Assembly: GCA_030141605.1 (NCBI GenBank) | Contig: JAQGDQ010000009.1 | Coordinates: forward strand, 310,001-374,000 | DNA: 64,000 bases | Direction of reading: 5' to 3' | Origin: Tubiluchus corallicola | Lineage: Eukaryota > Animalia > Priapulida | Part shown: piece by piece, positions 52,584 to 64,000 of the stretch | Layout of the letters: every line of letters starts with the position of its first letter | How positions within the stretch are numbered: the first letter of the stretch is position 1 | Notes under the pieces: generated by a model | The model's input: only the letters and a program-made list of their open reading frames with translations | Told to the model about the DNA's origin: nothing | The model's database searches: none | Made by a program: the position numbers and the translations under genes

Positions 52584-53061
52584 TTTGTTGGTATTACAAA
52601 TTTACATTTGTTTTTATTCACAGATCATTTTCACTAATCATGTAGCAAGTAGGAAAAATTTTATGTGCAACATACAAAAATAATGCAGCTATGCTTATAC
52701 AAATTTGTATTTCTGTATTAATACAATCTACATTTCATGATGAAAAACTGTGCGACGTCTGTAACAAAAATAACTTATCTTCTTCATTTTATTTTTGCGC
52801 ATAGCAAAATTAAGTTCAGTATAAAAAACTATACACTATAAAAATGTATACCCCGCCAATTATGGTGAAGTTAAGGAATGCAAAAGAAACAATAAATAAT
52901 TTAGCAACTTTTCACTTATTAATATAAATTATAACCAAGGAGAATTTTGAAGTGGCATTACCTTAATCCGAAAGAAAGCAAACCAGCATTCAATGAACAC
53001 CAGTTTCACAAACTTGTGTAGCATCAATTCGTCAACACCACTGACATGTGATTAAAAAAAG

Positions 53062-56000
53062 CTAGACTTTAGTGCCTGTAATATGTACACATTTGATGTA
53101 CCCGTGTTTCCAAAGCCAATAAAGTATTGTAGCAATCACTCGTATCTTCCACAACTCTGTCTGATTCACTACATCACTCAAATTCTGCTGGTGCTTAATG
53201 GTAAAATGATAAAAGCCTAGAAAAATCAAAAACTCTATTATTCCACTACAAAATTTATGGTTTATTGCATTCAACTTTTCCCAATGTCTATTTGTTATTT
53301 TGGTTTCAATGAATGGAACAGTTAAAGACAGAAATGTTTAAAAGGAAATATTGTGTTGTGTGAATATAAGCAAGAATCATAAAATTTAGGCATGTATATG
53401 TATCTCCTTTAACATGTTAAGAAAGGCATAACATCTCAAAATGATCATGCTTAGACCATAATTTTTGGAAATCAGTTACATGTTTGTCTCATCAATTGAC
53501 CAAGAAAAACATGGTGCAAACTGATATGACCCACATTGAAAATCAGTTTTCACAAATGTGATGTTAAGCAAAAAAAGATTCGCTGGCTTTACAAAAAAAT
53601 ATAATTTATTTTGAATTCTATTAAACCCTGAACTGAAGGATACCCAAATGACTGGCCAAGTTTTGTGCATTTGAGAATCAATGTAATGTTTGTATTCTTG
53701 CTCTTCAAAAAGCTTAAACCTATTATAACTGATTTCACTTAATTAACTTATTACACATTGCATAAAACATGTAAATAAAATTTTCCTTTACACCCTATTG
53801 AAAAACGGGAACTTGTCTAGTCGGCAAGCCCTTAATGTGTCACTGTAGCAACATACTGCAATACAATGGATAAACAAAGCGTAATAAAACAATTGCAGTC
53901 ACATTTAATACCTCCAATGACATTGGTAGATATGTCTTCTATGCAGATATCTCTAAATCCACATTCTTCTAGGTCTCTCTTGTATGTTTCTCCAGAAACC
54001 ATGTTCTCACGAGGTATATGAGCTGCTTTTGATATTGCAGCACTAAGTACATATTCCAGCAGGGTAGTAAGCTTTCTGAAAATAACAAACGCAGATATAG
54101 CTAAAGAACTAATAGAATTGTATACGTGTAAGTGCAATAAAATTGAATACGTGCACACACAAGAGATAATTTAAAGTTGAAATTTAATATTTTAACGGCG
54201 TCTTTTAAACCAAAATAAAACAGTGACTCTATTTTTACTACATTTAAGGGCATGCTTCATAAAATAATGCGTCTGAAGTTGCATTTCTCGCCAAAACAGT
54301 TAGTGTAGTTTTGCTTGGGGAACTATGGCAAATGTAGGTTATAGACACTACTACGTCTTCATCGCAGTTCATTTGACAATTTTCTAAGACAACAATTAGT
54401 CAGATAGCTCCTACACTGTACACTACAGTGTAGACAAAAAAAGCAGAGCAGCCTTGCCTAAATGAAAGAGGCTTTCCTATATAATTAACAAAACCTTAAT
54501 AAGAACTGTTATATGTAATACAAATTATCAATAACATAATTCTACCTATAAAACAATGACAATGTCACTAAATTTCAACAAACTACTATATCTACTGCAT
54601 CCCTTACTGATGCAGTAGTAGGTTTCACAGAAAGAATTGCACTAAAGTGTTCTATTAAGTTACCATTCAAAGCTCCCATAGTTCGCTACAGGTTTTACCA
54701 TAACTGGACAAATAAATTTGGCAAGTACCTGTGAAAGACTAATCTGGCAAAAAGTCATGTAACTCTATTGTTTCAGACATGCTTAGTTAGCAATGGAAGT
54801 GAGGATTTCAACTTAAGAAATGATTTGGCTCAATAGTTTCATACATGATGTGCCAAAATTCATATCAAGATTTCAGATAAGCGGTACAAATTGATGTCAA
54901 TCTAATCAATTTTTTATTGCGTAACATTAATACAAAGCAAAAAATTTTCGTTGCCAAGAATGTATACCCGAAGATTACCTATGTTCTCAAAAATGATTAA
55001 CCAAAGCAGACATGGTCAACTTATGTTCAATGTACCATGTAGGACAGGCCTAAACAGCATGTGTCACAACAGTGGGATGTATTCGTTACTAGGACTATCG
55101 TCTAATGAGCTTTTCTTAAAAATAAATGATGAGAAGCATTTTACCTTTATTTTTTTTTGGAAAGATAAACAAGAGTTGAAAGCAAATACATGTATTTCAC
55201 AATGCTGAATTATTACTGAACTGGCCTACACTCTAATGTGACCTAATCTATTACCTCTCCATAGTGAAGTCTATAAATGCAATATGTCCATTTTTTCTCA
55301 AGATTCGGTGAGACTCTAAGAGAAACTTAACTCGTGTTTTGAAGTGGTAAGCACTGTCCAAAGACACCACCTGGCGTGGAAAATAATACCTGATGATATG
55401 AAGCATAACAAAGGCATCAAGTAAAAAGTGAAAAAATGATGCAACATATTTTAGTGGCACTTTTGCAAATTTCTTTGTGCAATTTATTTGTAGTCAATGC
55501 AACGTCATTCAAGGAAGATTTGTCATATCCTGCTCCATTTTGAAGTACTATAAAAAGTATATATTTAAACAACTAAAATAATGCCACAGTGTTTCTGATA
55601 AGTAATAATAGCTTAAAAACTTAACTAGTAGTAGGTAAGTCCAGACAGCGAACATAATTTTCAACAACACAAACATTCCATGAGTGTGTTCCACATGTTT
55701 GCAAAAGGAAAAATTGAAGAACAGTACTATTGTACAACACTCGTGGGTTTTACAAAAAAAAACTCTACAAATTTTAACTTTAAAAATTCAAAATTTCAAG
55801 TTTACCACTGTATTTATGCATGAACTGTTGAATGTGTACATCACATCACAACTAAACCTCATCTAAAGTTCAGAACTGAGATGCACAACACCTGTTTTTG
55901 TGCATTGGGTTTCCGAGATACAGGTGCTAGTCCCCATTTGACTAGCGAATGGCGAAATGCATATACTGGCAAAGAACTAGTTGCTCAAATGCAAATTAGG

Positions 56001-58369
56001 TTTCTGCAGTAATAATTCTTTCGTGTAAGTTATTTTTAAAAAATAGTGTTTCTCAATATTTTATAGAGTACATTGTTTTGAGCCATAGTTTAAGAATGGG
56101 TCCGGTTCAACATAACTCAAGACCTGTATGACATCCTTCCCAAAAAATTAAATACACAGGCAAATTTTACATAATGAATGCAGAGTAATTTGTTACTTGT
56201 ATGCAAAAGCATTGCCACAACGACATTAATGCATTCTCAGAATTGCAGCTTCTACAGACCAATAACTATTCAAATAAGAATTTAAACACAAAAAAGTATC
56301 TAATTCCCCTTACATGTAGGTCCATCAGAGCAGTGAACAGTAAACTCTATTTATCCCATTGGCAAATATATGCACCATGTTGTAAAATTGGCTGTAACCA
56401 TGTCTACCTACCTTGGTAAATGTTTCTGGCTCATACGGAGACAAGTCGGTAGCTGAACCTACTTCAAATGATAGACCTTTCACTGCAAGTAATGCTGCCT
56501 TATTCCGTGCAAACTCAATCTACAACAATGATCAACAAACAATAACAAGTGTTGGGAGGGGAGTAGGACACTAGCCGAAGTAGGACAGTTGGGCGTAGGA
56601 CACATCGTACATGGGCTAGCCCAAGTAGCACGCATCATATACGGGCTGCCCAAGTAAGACCCAAGAGACAGGTCACAAATTGACTCGTTAACCGTACTAG
56701 CAGCATCCATCATCCTTGCTTATTTAATAATAATTGAAAACGTCAATACAAATTGAATAATTTATTATACATATGATAAAATAAAATAATCTTATTCTGA
56801 GCTATTAGAATGGCCAATAATAAATTTGGCTTAAATATTAATCTATTTGAAGTGAAATAAGCCCTTTTAGGAGATTCCAACATTTGCTCACTCCACAGAC
56901 CGGTGATCCGTTTTACTACCTCTTGGACAAATAATTTTCTACTAAATAAAAATTTCATTTTTAAACATGCAATTATTTCTGTAATAATTGTGTGCATAGT
57001 TTCTCTCTTTAAAGCATTAGATACTTAGTTTAATGTTATGATGAGCTAATAATAATGATGATATTATGGTAAAAATACATTTGCAAATTGTCAAGGCCTA
57101 TCCATCATTATTATAGTTTATGTTTAATTTAGTTTTATGTTTTATTATGTCATAATTCTCGATTCTCGACAGAAATCGCCAGTGCCTACTTGGGCTGCCC
57201 ACGTACGACACAGCTTTTCCGCAAATTTAGAACATGCGTTTAGCGGAAGTGTCCTACTTCGGCTAGTGGCGTACTCTCCGCTTATAAATCTTATAAAGCT
57301 TACAAATCCAGCCATTTAATAAATCCATTAAATTGTGCATAGGCGAAGAATTCTTTACTACTGCCTGTCTCCATTGTGTGTCAGATATTCAAATATGGGA
57401 CTAAAAATAAATACTTAGATTGCTATGTTGTAATCATCAACAGTCACACATGAATTATACCTGATCAGGCGAAATATCAATTGCTGTAATTCTTAAAAAG
57501 CTGTCCTTGTAAAGCATCATCCAGTAAATATCCTGGTCTCCACAGCCACAGCCGACATCCAACACTTCCTCATTTTTGCTAAAATCTTTCCCAAGAACAT
57601 TAGCTAGTTCCTCACAAGCAGACTTGAAATCTTGGTCACTTGATGATAAGCCTTCAAAGTAAACTTACAGTGTTCATCAATACAAACTGACATAAAATTT
57701 TTACAGATTACATACATGAGTAAAAGAGGAGAATACACAGAGAAGGAAACATGTTGTTTTTTGCAAACAGATGAAACGTTATTAAGCTGGTCCACTTTTA
57801 AGGCCTACCGTTAAACAGATGAAACGTTATTAAGCTGGTCCACTTTTAAGGCCTACCGTTATGCATGTTTAGCAATCTAGCAGAGGCACTCTGAAAACCG
57901 CAGCAAAACTACCCACTTAAACGCACTAACTTGGATTGAAACACACAAAGTTGACATCATGATCGTATAACCGACATTACCTTTCTCGGTAGCAATATAA
58001 CTCTAGTTTTTTTCCATGCTGCACACAAGACTTATAAATAATGGCAATCAAATAATGTGAAAACAAAAACAAACCGTGGTCAGTAGTTTTCCAAAGGCCA
58101 AAATTCATCCACATCAACTTGTTAGTTGCCAAGTTAAGTATTTTTCTCGTAGCAGCAGCACTTCTTCTATATGGGTTGTATAAGTCTCCTGCATCTCGAT
58201 ATTTCTTTTTAACAACGTGGCGTAAAAGCTTATACGAAAATAAAAATTCTAGCGCTCTTCTTAGACACTTGGTATAAAACTGTGATAAATCCTGATCGCC
58301 TCCAACCAAAGAAATACAAGTTAATCCAAAGTAAACGCCTAAAATAAAACATAACAACGGCGTATCCAT
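53062..58369 (-). CDS. Class I SAM-dependent methyltransferase (~342 aa) with hydrophobic N-terminus; exons 58369-58075, 57651-57461, 56519-56412, 55370-55255, 54075-53912, 53216-53062
   Basis: Six exons splice in frame (1029 nt). Motifs WMNFGLWK, ACEELA, motif I VLDVGCGCGDQ, ITAIDISPDQIEFA, GSATDL, VVSLDSAYHF.TR..FL.ES.RILR.NG and GF.DI.IEDIS.NV. Confidence 0.88.
56558..57279. mobile_element. Non-autonomous DNA transposon (MITE), ~720 bp, in a methyltransferase intron
   Basis: 30-bp terminal inverted repeats (56558-56587 and 57250-57279) match at 27/30 around the core CACTAGCCGAAGTAGGACA. Subterminal GCCCAAGTA / TACTTGGGC inverted motifs and an AT-rich non-coding interior. Confidence 0.8.
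57765..57860. repeat. Perfect 2 x 48-bp tandem duplication
   Basis: aaacagatgaaacgttattaagctggtccacttttaaggcctaccgtt occurs twice head-to-tail. Confidence 0.95.
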
Positions 58370-58523
58370 TGTAAACAAAACTATGTCACAAAAATGTAAC
58401 AGCGCAATTACTTTAAAGGACAAGAAAAGGGAAACCTGAAGTAAGTTTCAGAAAGATCACCTTAAAAATTATAGCAATTATATGCGTATGTCGCACTCGC
58501 GTTGAAAGAATTGCGTCATTACA

Positions 58524-58531
58524 TGACGTCA
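58524..58531. promoter_or_regulatory. Palindromic CRE (TGACGTCA) upstream of the methyltransferase
   Basis: Full CRE plus a TGCGTCA half-site at ~58512, in a CpG-rich patch ~150 bp upstream of the ATG. Confidence 0.4.
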
Positions 58532-58559
58532 CATACGCACAACGTAAATCAGGGGGAGA

Positions 58560-59505
58560 AAAGTAAATGTCAAACTTACTGTAAAAGTTAGGAACACCTT
58601 AGGAAGAACTTTTAGCACGAATATTGGGGTCCCCCAGGGGGACTGCCTTAGTCCAATACTTTTCACGCTCTACCTAGCAAATACACTTAAGATCCACACT
58701 CCTCCAAATGATGATCATGATTACGATACCACTGTCTGTGATAACCTTCCTCAACATATTCTGGATCACTCCAATCCTGCTTTGGAATCCTATGAACCAT
58801 TCCTTATTGATCAACAGTACGCAGACGATATTGGATGGATTAGTGTATAAAATTTCCAAACTAACACAACAAAAAGGGATTTTCCCAAAAAAAACTAGAG
58901 AAAAGAAATCTCCAAGTAAACCAGCCAAAAACAGAAGAATATATTATTGCAGGAGACGGTAATGAGTCTTGGAAAAAGTGCAAGTACATGGACACTTTTC
59001 TAAGCACTGAAGATGATATTAACAGCAGAAAGTAACAAGCAATGCATGCTTTTCTTCAGCACAATAATGTATTAACTAGCAAGAAATCAAATCTTAATGT
59101 AAGACTTCGATTATTTAATGCTTACGTTACCAGCATATTTATGTATGGCAATACATAATCAAAAATGAAGATTTATACACCAGAACAAAAGAAATTTATT
59201 GGAGTTCAAAAGTCAAGATCCGAAGATTAAGATGGCTATGACAGCTTCTAAGATTACCAAATGAAGCACCAGTAAGAATTGCCTTAAAGGAAGCCTTAAA
59301 ACCTTGCAAGAAACCACCTGGTAAACCTAACACAACTTGGATAGCTAAGATAAATAAAGATGTTCAACAACTTCAACCAAATCTATCTTTAGGAGTAGAA
59401 GAACTTACGCTGTTAGCTGCAGATAGAAGAGGTGGAATACTCTGACAAATGTTGGTACCTCAATGCCTACAACAGGTGGGATGAGATTTTGGAGAAGAAG
59501 AAGAA
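58560..59505 (+). mobile_element. 5'-truncated, decayed non-LTR retrotransposon (LINE, RTE-like) reverse transcriptase fragment
   Basis: GVPQGDCLSPILFTLYL (58626) and QYADD (58818) in one frame, then WKKCKY, RRLRWL, KKPPGKPNTTW and AADRR with stops and frameshifts; ends in a (GAA)n tail. Confidence 0.88.
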
Positions 59506-61529
59506 ACTATGTCTCAAAAAACTTTACATGCAAAGTTATATTACTTAGCATTTCGCTTACCTCCTTGAAAGACTTATGTAACTAGAAAAGAAAATTACTA
59601 ATTATTTAAAATGTTTTCACCTTTTCACAGTTCAAACAACTGATGATGATCGTGAAAAGGTCAAAGGTTAAGTGTTCCAGACAACACATTTGTGTACACT
59701 TGACAATGTCTCGCAACCCATGCCATTGTAATAGTAAAAATTTTAACAGCTACCTATAGAACCTTACCAGGTTCATTTTTTCTTGCTCCTAAGCAAGATT
59801 CTGCTAGTAAATCACGCTATGCTATGCGTTGCTGTGGTACACTGTGGATGTTATCCACCTGTGGATAGCTGCATATAAAAAAATCAATAGAAATATAGCT
59901 GCAGAATGCATGTGCATGACATATACGCAAATGGTAAACACTATTTAAGTCAAGTGACAGATTAGACGTGCCCACAGAGAAAGATTGCTAGACTCACGCA
60001 AAAAGTGACACAACAATGGGTTGTGTCAATAATTTTTTTAAAATATTTTAAATTTCTCGTAGTGGCAGAAATATGTATGTAAATACACAAGAAGTACCAT
60101 TGAAAATACATGTTGGCAAGTTGTCGACAGCTGTTGTTGCCCAATAGCATGACGCCCTTGAGAGTCACATGTTCGAAATATTGTTCTATATGTATGCTAT
60201 AGCAATCTCAGATGTCTGAAGAAAGACTTATTAAATACTCCACTTCAAACTTGACTTAAATGATGAGAATACTTAAATGACTTAAATGATTTAGATCGGG
60301 GAACATGGCATCAAATTGTGAAATGAGAGCAGAAACTAGATATTGCTCACACTAGAATGAATGTAATTAATTAGATTATTTATTATTTTAATAAATATTG
60401 AGCCTAAGATTTCATATAATCAACTAATTATTATAACCTTAATGTAAACATTTAAAAATATAATGAGTCACTATTATAGTGATGGTAAAAGCCCACAATT
60501 ATCATTAGATTTTAAAGGACATGAAAATTTAACGTGAAAAATTTACGAATTAAAGGAAAAGCCATTCCATCGAAGAACTTAATATAATCTTGTTTCAATG
60601 TTTGCAAAGAATCTTAGAAAGATGTAGTAATAAAAGTGCAAGTCGTGATCATTTCACGCTTGAGTGCTCACTGCCCACATTGTAAATGCGTATTCTAGCT
60701 CTCATCAACAACACCATTCATCAACTGAAATAAAGCAACATGCTTACTATTTCCTCCAAAATTATAATACGTTTTTACAAAAAAATACGAAAGTTAATTT
60801 TGTAATAGTCCTGCATGAACATTTGATATTATAAGCTTCAGAAGTTTGGATTAGTTGACAGCAGCACATGCTTAAGGAAAGCCACAATACGCTTGCACCT
60901 CAATTTCAAGTGAATTGCACTACCACCATGCTTGAAAGCTTTTAATTTTACAAATTAACTTTATACTTTACGGGCAGTTTCTTTAAGTGACTTGTCTTTT
61001 TCTTTAAAGCATATGCTTTACGTGTTTAGGCCACCACATTCTCAAGGGTGCAAGGTAGGAGTTAACTTTTATTCCCAGCTTGTGTAGACTGCAACAAGTT
61101 GCAATAGATGCTGCAAACATAAATCAGTCTAAGAACAAAATAGGACCATTCACTGAAGAGATGGAAAGTGCAAATTTAGAACTTATCTCTAATGGTCCAC
61201 AGTGCTGCGACTTTAAGAAGTTTGAAGTGCATGTTTACTGCCCTTTGTACTAGGTTTTGCACTCAAAGACCACTCACAGAAGTACAAAGTCTCTGAAAAA
61301 ATAATGGTGATAGTATGAGCGGTCTTTCCATCTTATCCTATTAGACATATCTTTTCTCAACGATGTAAATAGATGAGGGCAGTTTGATAGGCGAAACTGA
61401 ACAAAGGAAGTGTTCCTGACAGTCACTCTTCCATTTACTGACCACGTACACTTATCATAGTTTAAATTAAGTTTGTTCGCTATAGGTTTACGTACCAGTA
61501 CATATTCCTGCTGCAGTGCAGCTTGCATG

Positions 61530-61760
61530 TTAATTGTTGTTGCTATTTTTATAATTGTTATTTCAGTTATTGTTCTTGTCAATGATGCAATCATTAATTC
61601 ATTTGGTTTTTTTGCTGCTGCTGTACGCTGTTCTTGTTCTGTTTGTTGATGTTGTTGTTTTTATTACTATGCTGATGTTATTATTGTCAATAATTTTCAT
61701 TGTAGTTATTCTGAATTGTTGTTGTTGGTGCTGGTGGTTGTGGCAGCTGCTGCTGTTTTT
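61530..61760. repeat. Degenerate (GTT/GCT/ATT)n trinucleotide low-complexity tract
   Basis: Runs of gttgtt, gctgct and attatt; source of the hydrophobic spurious ORF 61555-61791. Confidence 0.75.
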
Positions 61761-62123
61761 GTCAATATTATTTTGGCTTGCATTGCATTAAACTGACAAA
61801 CTGTACATGGTTTATGCGGCCCATATCTGCATGTCAAAGCTTAATTTATTATGACGTTTTAATGTGATGGCAGAAGGCGTAATGTGTGATTATTTTACTC
61901 GTTGCAAGTGCATTGCTTAAGCTGCTCAGTTGTAGATAAGTGCAATAAACCCAACAGTGCTTGGTTACTCTAATCTAAGCTTATAATCTGTTACATGTAC
62001 CTAATGAAACATACATACATACTTATCTTGAAGGATCGGTACATCTTCTGTTGTAGAAGTTAAGAAAATTAACTTAAAATAACTTCGCAAAATTTTACGG
62101 TACTTAATGTTACTACACATCTC

Positions 62124-63446
62124 ATGAAAATGGCGGCTTTCATAACGTTGGTTTTATGTGCGATTGCATGTGTTCTTCGGTATTTGTCTCTTAATACTAC
62201 GTGGTCTCAATTGTTGCAAAATCGAGTTGAAATATCTACACCAATTGATGCATGGAAGCGCGTCACAGAGGGTGTCTTTTTGCACAACAATGGGATAAAT
62301 CCTTTTCTGGGAGATTTATATCATGATACTCCGCTTACCTTGATTGCATTTCAGTACTTGCAAAGTCAAGAGTGTATTTTGCGGGTTGTATTTGTGGTAG
62401 TTGATATTGTAGCTGCACTCGCCTTAATGAACGCAGCAACACATATAAGCAGTCTTTATATGTCACGGCAGGAATTGGAACTTTACCGATATGGGAAAAA
62501 CACCGACAAGATCTTGCTTAACGAAATGCAATTGAGAAAGATGAAATTGTTTGTGTTGCTTATATACTTGTTTAACCCATATACCTTATTTACGTGTCTG
62601 GCTCAATCGATGGCCGTGTTTCGAAGTTTCGTGCTCGCTCTGACCTTTATGTTTTTATCCCATGGCTCACGGACATTTTCTTGCTTTTTCCTAGCAATCG
62701 CAACTTATCAGTCATGTTATTCGTTAATGCTGATTGTACCGGCATCAATGATCATTGCAAAATCAGAGGGTAAACGTTCTACAAGAACTACTTATGCCGA
62801 AACCATGACGTCTGTCATTAAAACAGTTGCACTATTTATATCTTTCATGTCCCTGTTACTCTGGACATCGCGGGCTGCAATGGGTTCCTGGGATTTTGTC
62901 TACTCAACTTATGGATTTACTCTGACTGTTCCCGACCTAAAGCCTAATCAAGGACTGTTTTGGTATTTCTTCACTGAAATGTTCGAACATTTTCGTAGTT
63001 TTTTCCTGTGGGTTTTTCAAATCAACGTCTTTGTGTATACAGTACCACTTGCAGTGCGACTCAAGGATGACCCATACTTACTATGGTACATTTTAGTAGG
63101 CATAATGACAATATTCAAATCCTACCCGTCACTCGGTGATGTCGGTTTGTGCTTGTCAATGTTTCCTATTTGGGGTCATCTCTCGAGATATATGCGTAAT
63201 AGTTTTATTATGAGCTGTACATTGCTTTGCACAACAGTTTTGGCACCAGTGCTCTGGCATTTATGGATATATGCTGGCAGTGCAAATGCTAATTTTTATT
63301 TTGCTGTAACTCTAGCATTTTCTACTGGACTGATTTTCTTGGTTACTGATATCTTGTATGCCCACCTGCGATGGAGATATGATCTGCACAATGGATATAA
63401 ATTAAAAGATGCAGATGGAAAACCTATACAGATAGCATTAGAGTGA
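62124..63446 (+). CDS. PIGU: GPI transamidase subunit PIG-U (CDC91L1/Gab1), intronless
   Basis: NRVEISTP..WKRV.EG, YLFNPYT..TC, DL.PN.GLFWYFFTEMFEHFR.FF, IFKSYPS.GD and LWHLWIY.GSANANFYFA.TL; multi-pass hydrophobic profile, 440 aa. Confidence 0.95.
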   Translation: MKMAAFITLVLCAIACVLRYLSLNTTWSQLLQNRVEISTPIDAWKRVTEGVFLHNNGINPFLGDLYHDTPLTLIAFQYLQSQECILRVVFVVVDIVAALALMNAATHISSLYMSRQELELYRYGKNTDKILLNEMQLRKMKLFVLLIYLFNPYTLFTCLAQSMAVFRSFVLALTFMFLSHGSRTFSCFFLAIATYQSCYSLMLIVPASMIIAKSEGKRSTRTTYAETMTSVIKTVALFISFMSLLLWTSRAAMGSWDFVYSTYGFTLTVPDLKPNQGLFWYFFTEMFEHFRSFFLWVFQINVFVYTVPLAVRLKDDPYLLWYILVGIMTIFKSYPSLGDVGLCLSMFPIWGHLSRYMRNSFIMSCTLLCTTVLAPVLWHLWIYAGSANANFYFAVTLAFSTGLIFLVTDILYAHLRWRYDLHNGYKLKDADGKPIQIALE

Positions 63447-64000
63447 AGTGCCCAACCCTACAGTGTTCTTTGCTCAGCTGTTGTTTCGTTGAGCCAAGTT
63501 TATCTTCTTTTATAACATTAATTCCTCCAGTTTCTGATCAATTTGTTTGTATATGTTGTAGTACATTAATCTGCAATAATTTCTTTAAAGTGTTATTGAA
63601 ATTGTCACTGACTTAAAGAATTATTAAAATTTCGAATATTTTGGTAACCTTTTTATTAATATGCATTTCTATTTAAATCTATTAGAAAAGGCATTAGTGT
63701 CAAATTCAGCTGTGTAGTACATTTGAAGAACAATCCTTCACAATAGATAGCTTTTCAATAATTATTTCAGTACAGGAAGTAACATTATATGTGTTATCTG
63801 CCTTATATGAAGTTATTTCTTATTGTGTGCTTAGACTGAAAAGTTACCAAGAAACTAGCAAGCAGGACTAGAGAGCAAAATCAGTAGCAAATTACTTTCT
63901 GTGAGCATATCTCATGACAGATTTTGCAGCAGTATTCATACTACAGAGAAAATATGCTTGGCAAGTTTCTATAGGTTTCAGCAATTAAGAATTGTTGTGA

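Noticed and set aside
48029-53000. Search for a RanBP2 C-terminal cyclophilin exon
   Set aside because: No cyclophilin motifs (FHRVI, QGGDF, GSQFFI) seen in the ORF track or by eye before the convergent methyltransferase gene.
58674-58962. Two 84-aa hydrophobic ORFs on opposite strands
   Set aside because: Alternative frames over the decayed LINE reverse transcriptase.
61274-61791. 106-aa and 78-aa ORFs that look membrane-like
   Set aside because: They derive largely from the trinucleotide low-complexity tract; no family motif.

Overview
AT-rich, intron-containing genomic DNA from an invertebrate animal; the taxon cannot be fixed from sequence alone. About 47 kb is a + strand RanBP2/Nup358 gene whose 5' end lies upstream of the window. 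I traced 33 phase-compatible GT-AG exons from 1185 to 48028. Its 17.1-kb intron (3477-20598) holds three nested genes: a 3-exon C2H2 zinc-finger gene (-), CFAP99 (-) and DRC7/CCDC135 (+). The last two are motile-cilia genes arranged head-to-head with uninterrupted ORFs. The predicted RanBP2 has five Ran-binding domains (the fifth divergent), three zinc fingers, one IR motif and no cyclophilin domain. Just downstream is a 2.9-kb acidic orphan exon with an LEWD motif whose acceptor is phase-compatible with RanBP2's last donor, so it may be a giant alternative C-terminus. The rest of the window holds a 6-exon SAM-dependent methyltransferase of RebM/EryG-like appearance (-), an intronless PIG-U gene (+), a truncated RTE-like LINE, a MITE and several tandem repeats. 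Gene identities rest on remembered motif similarity; no database search was run.
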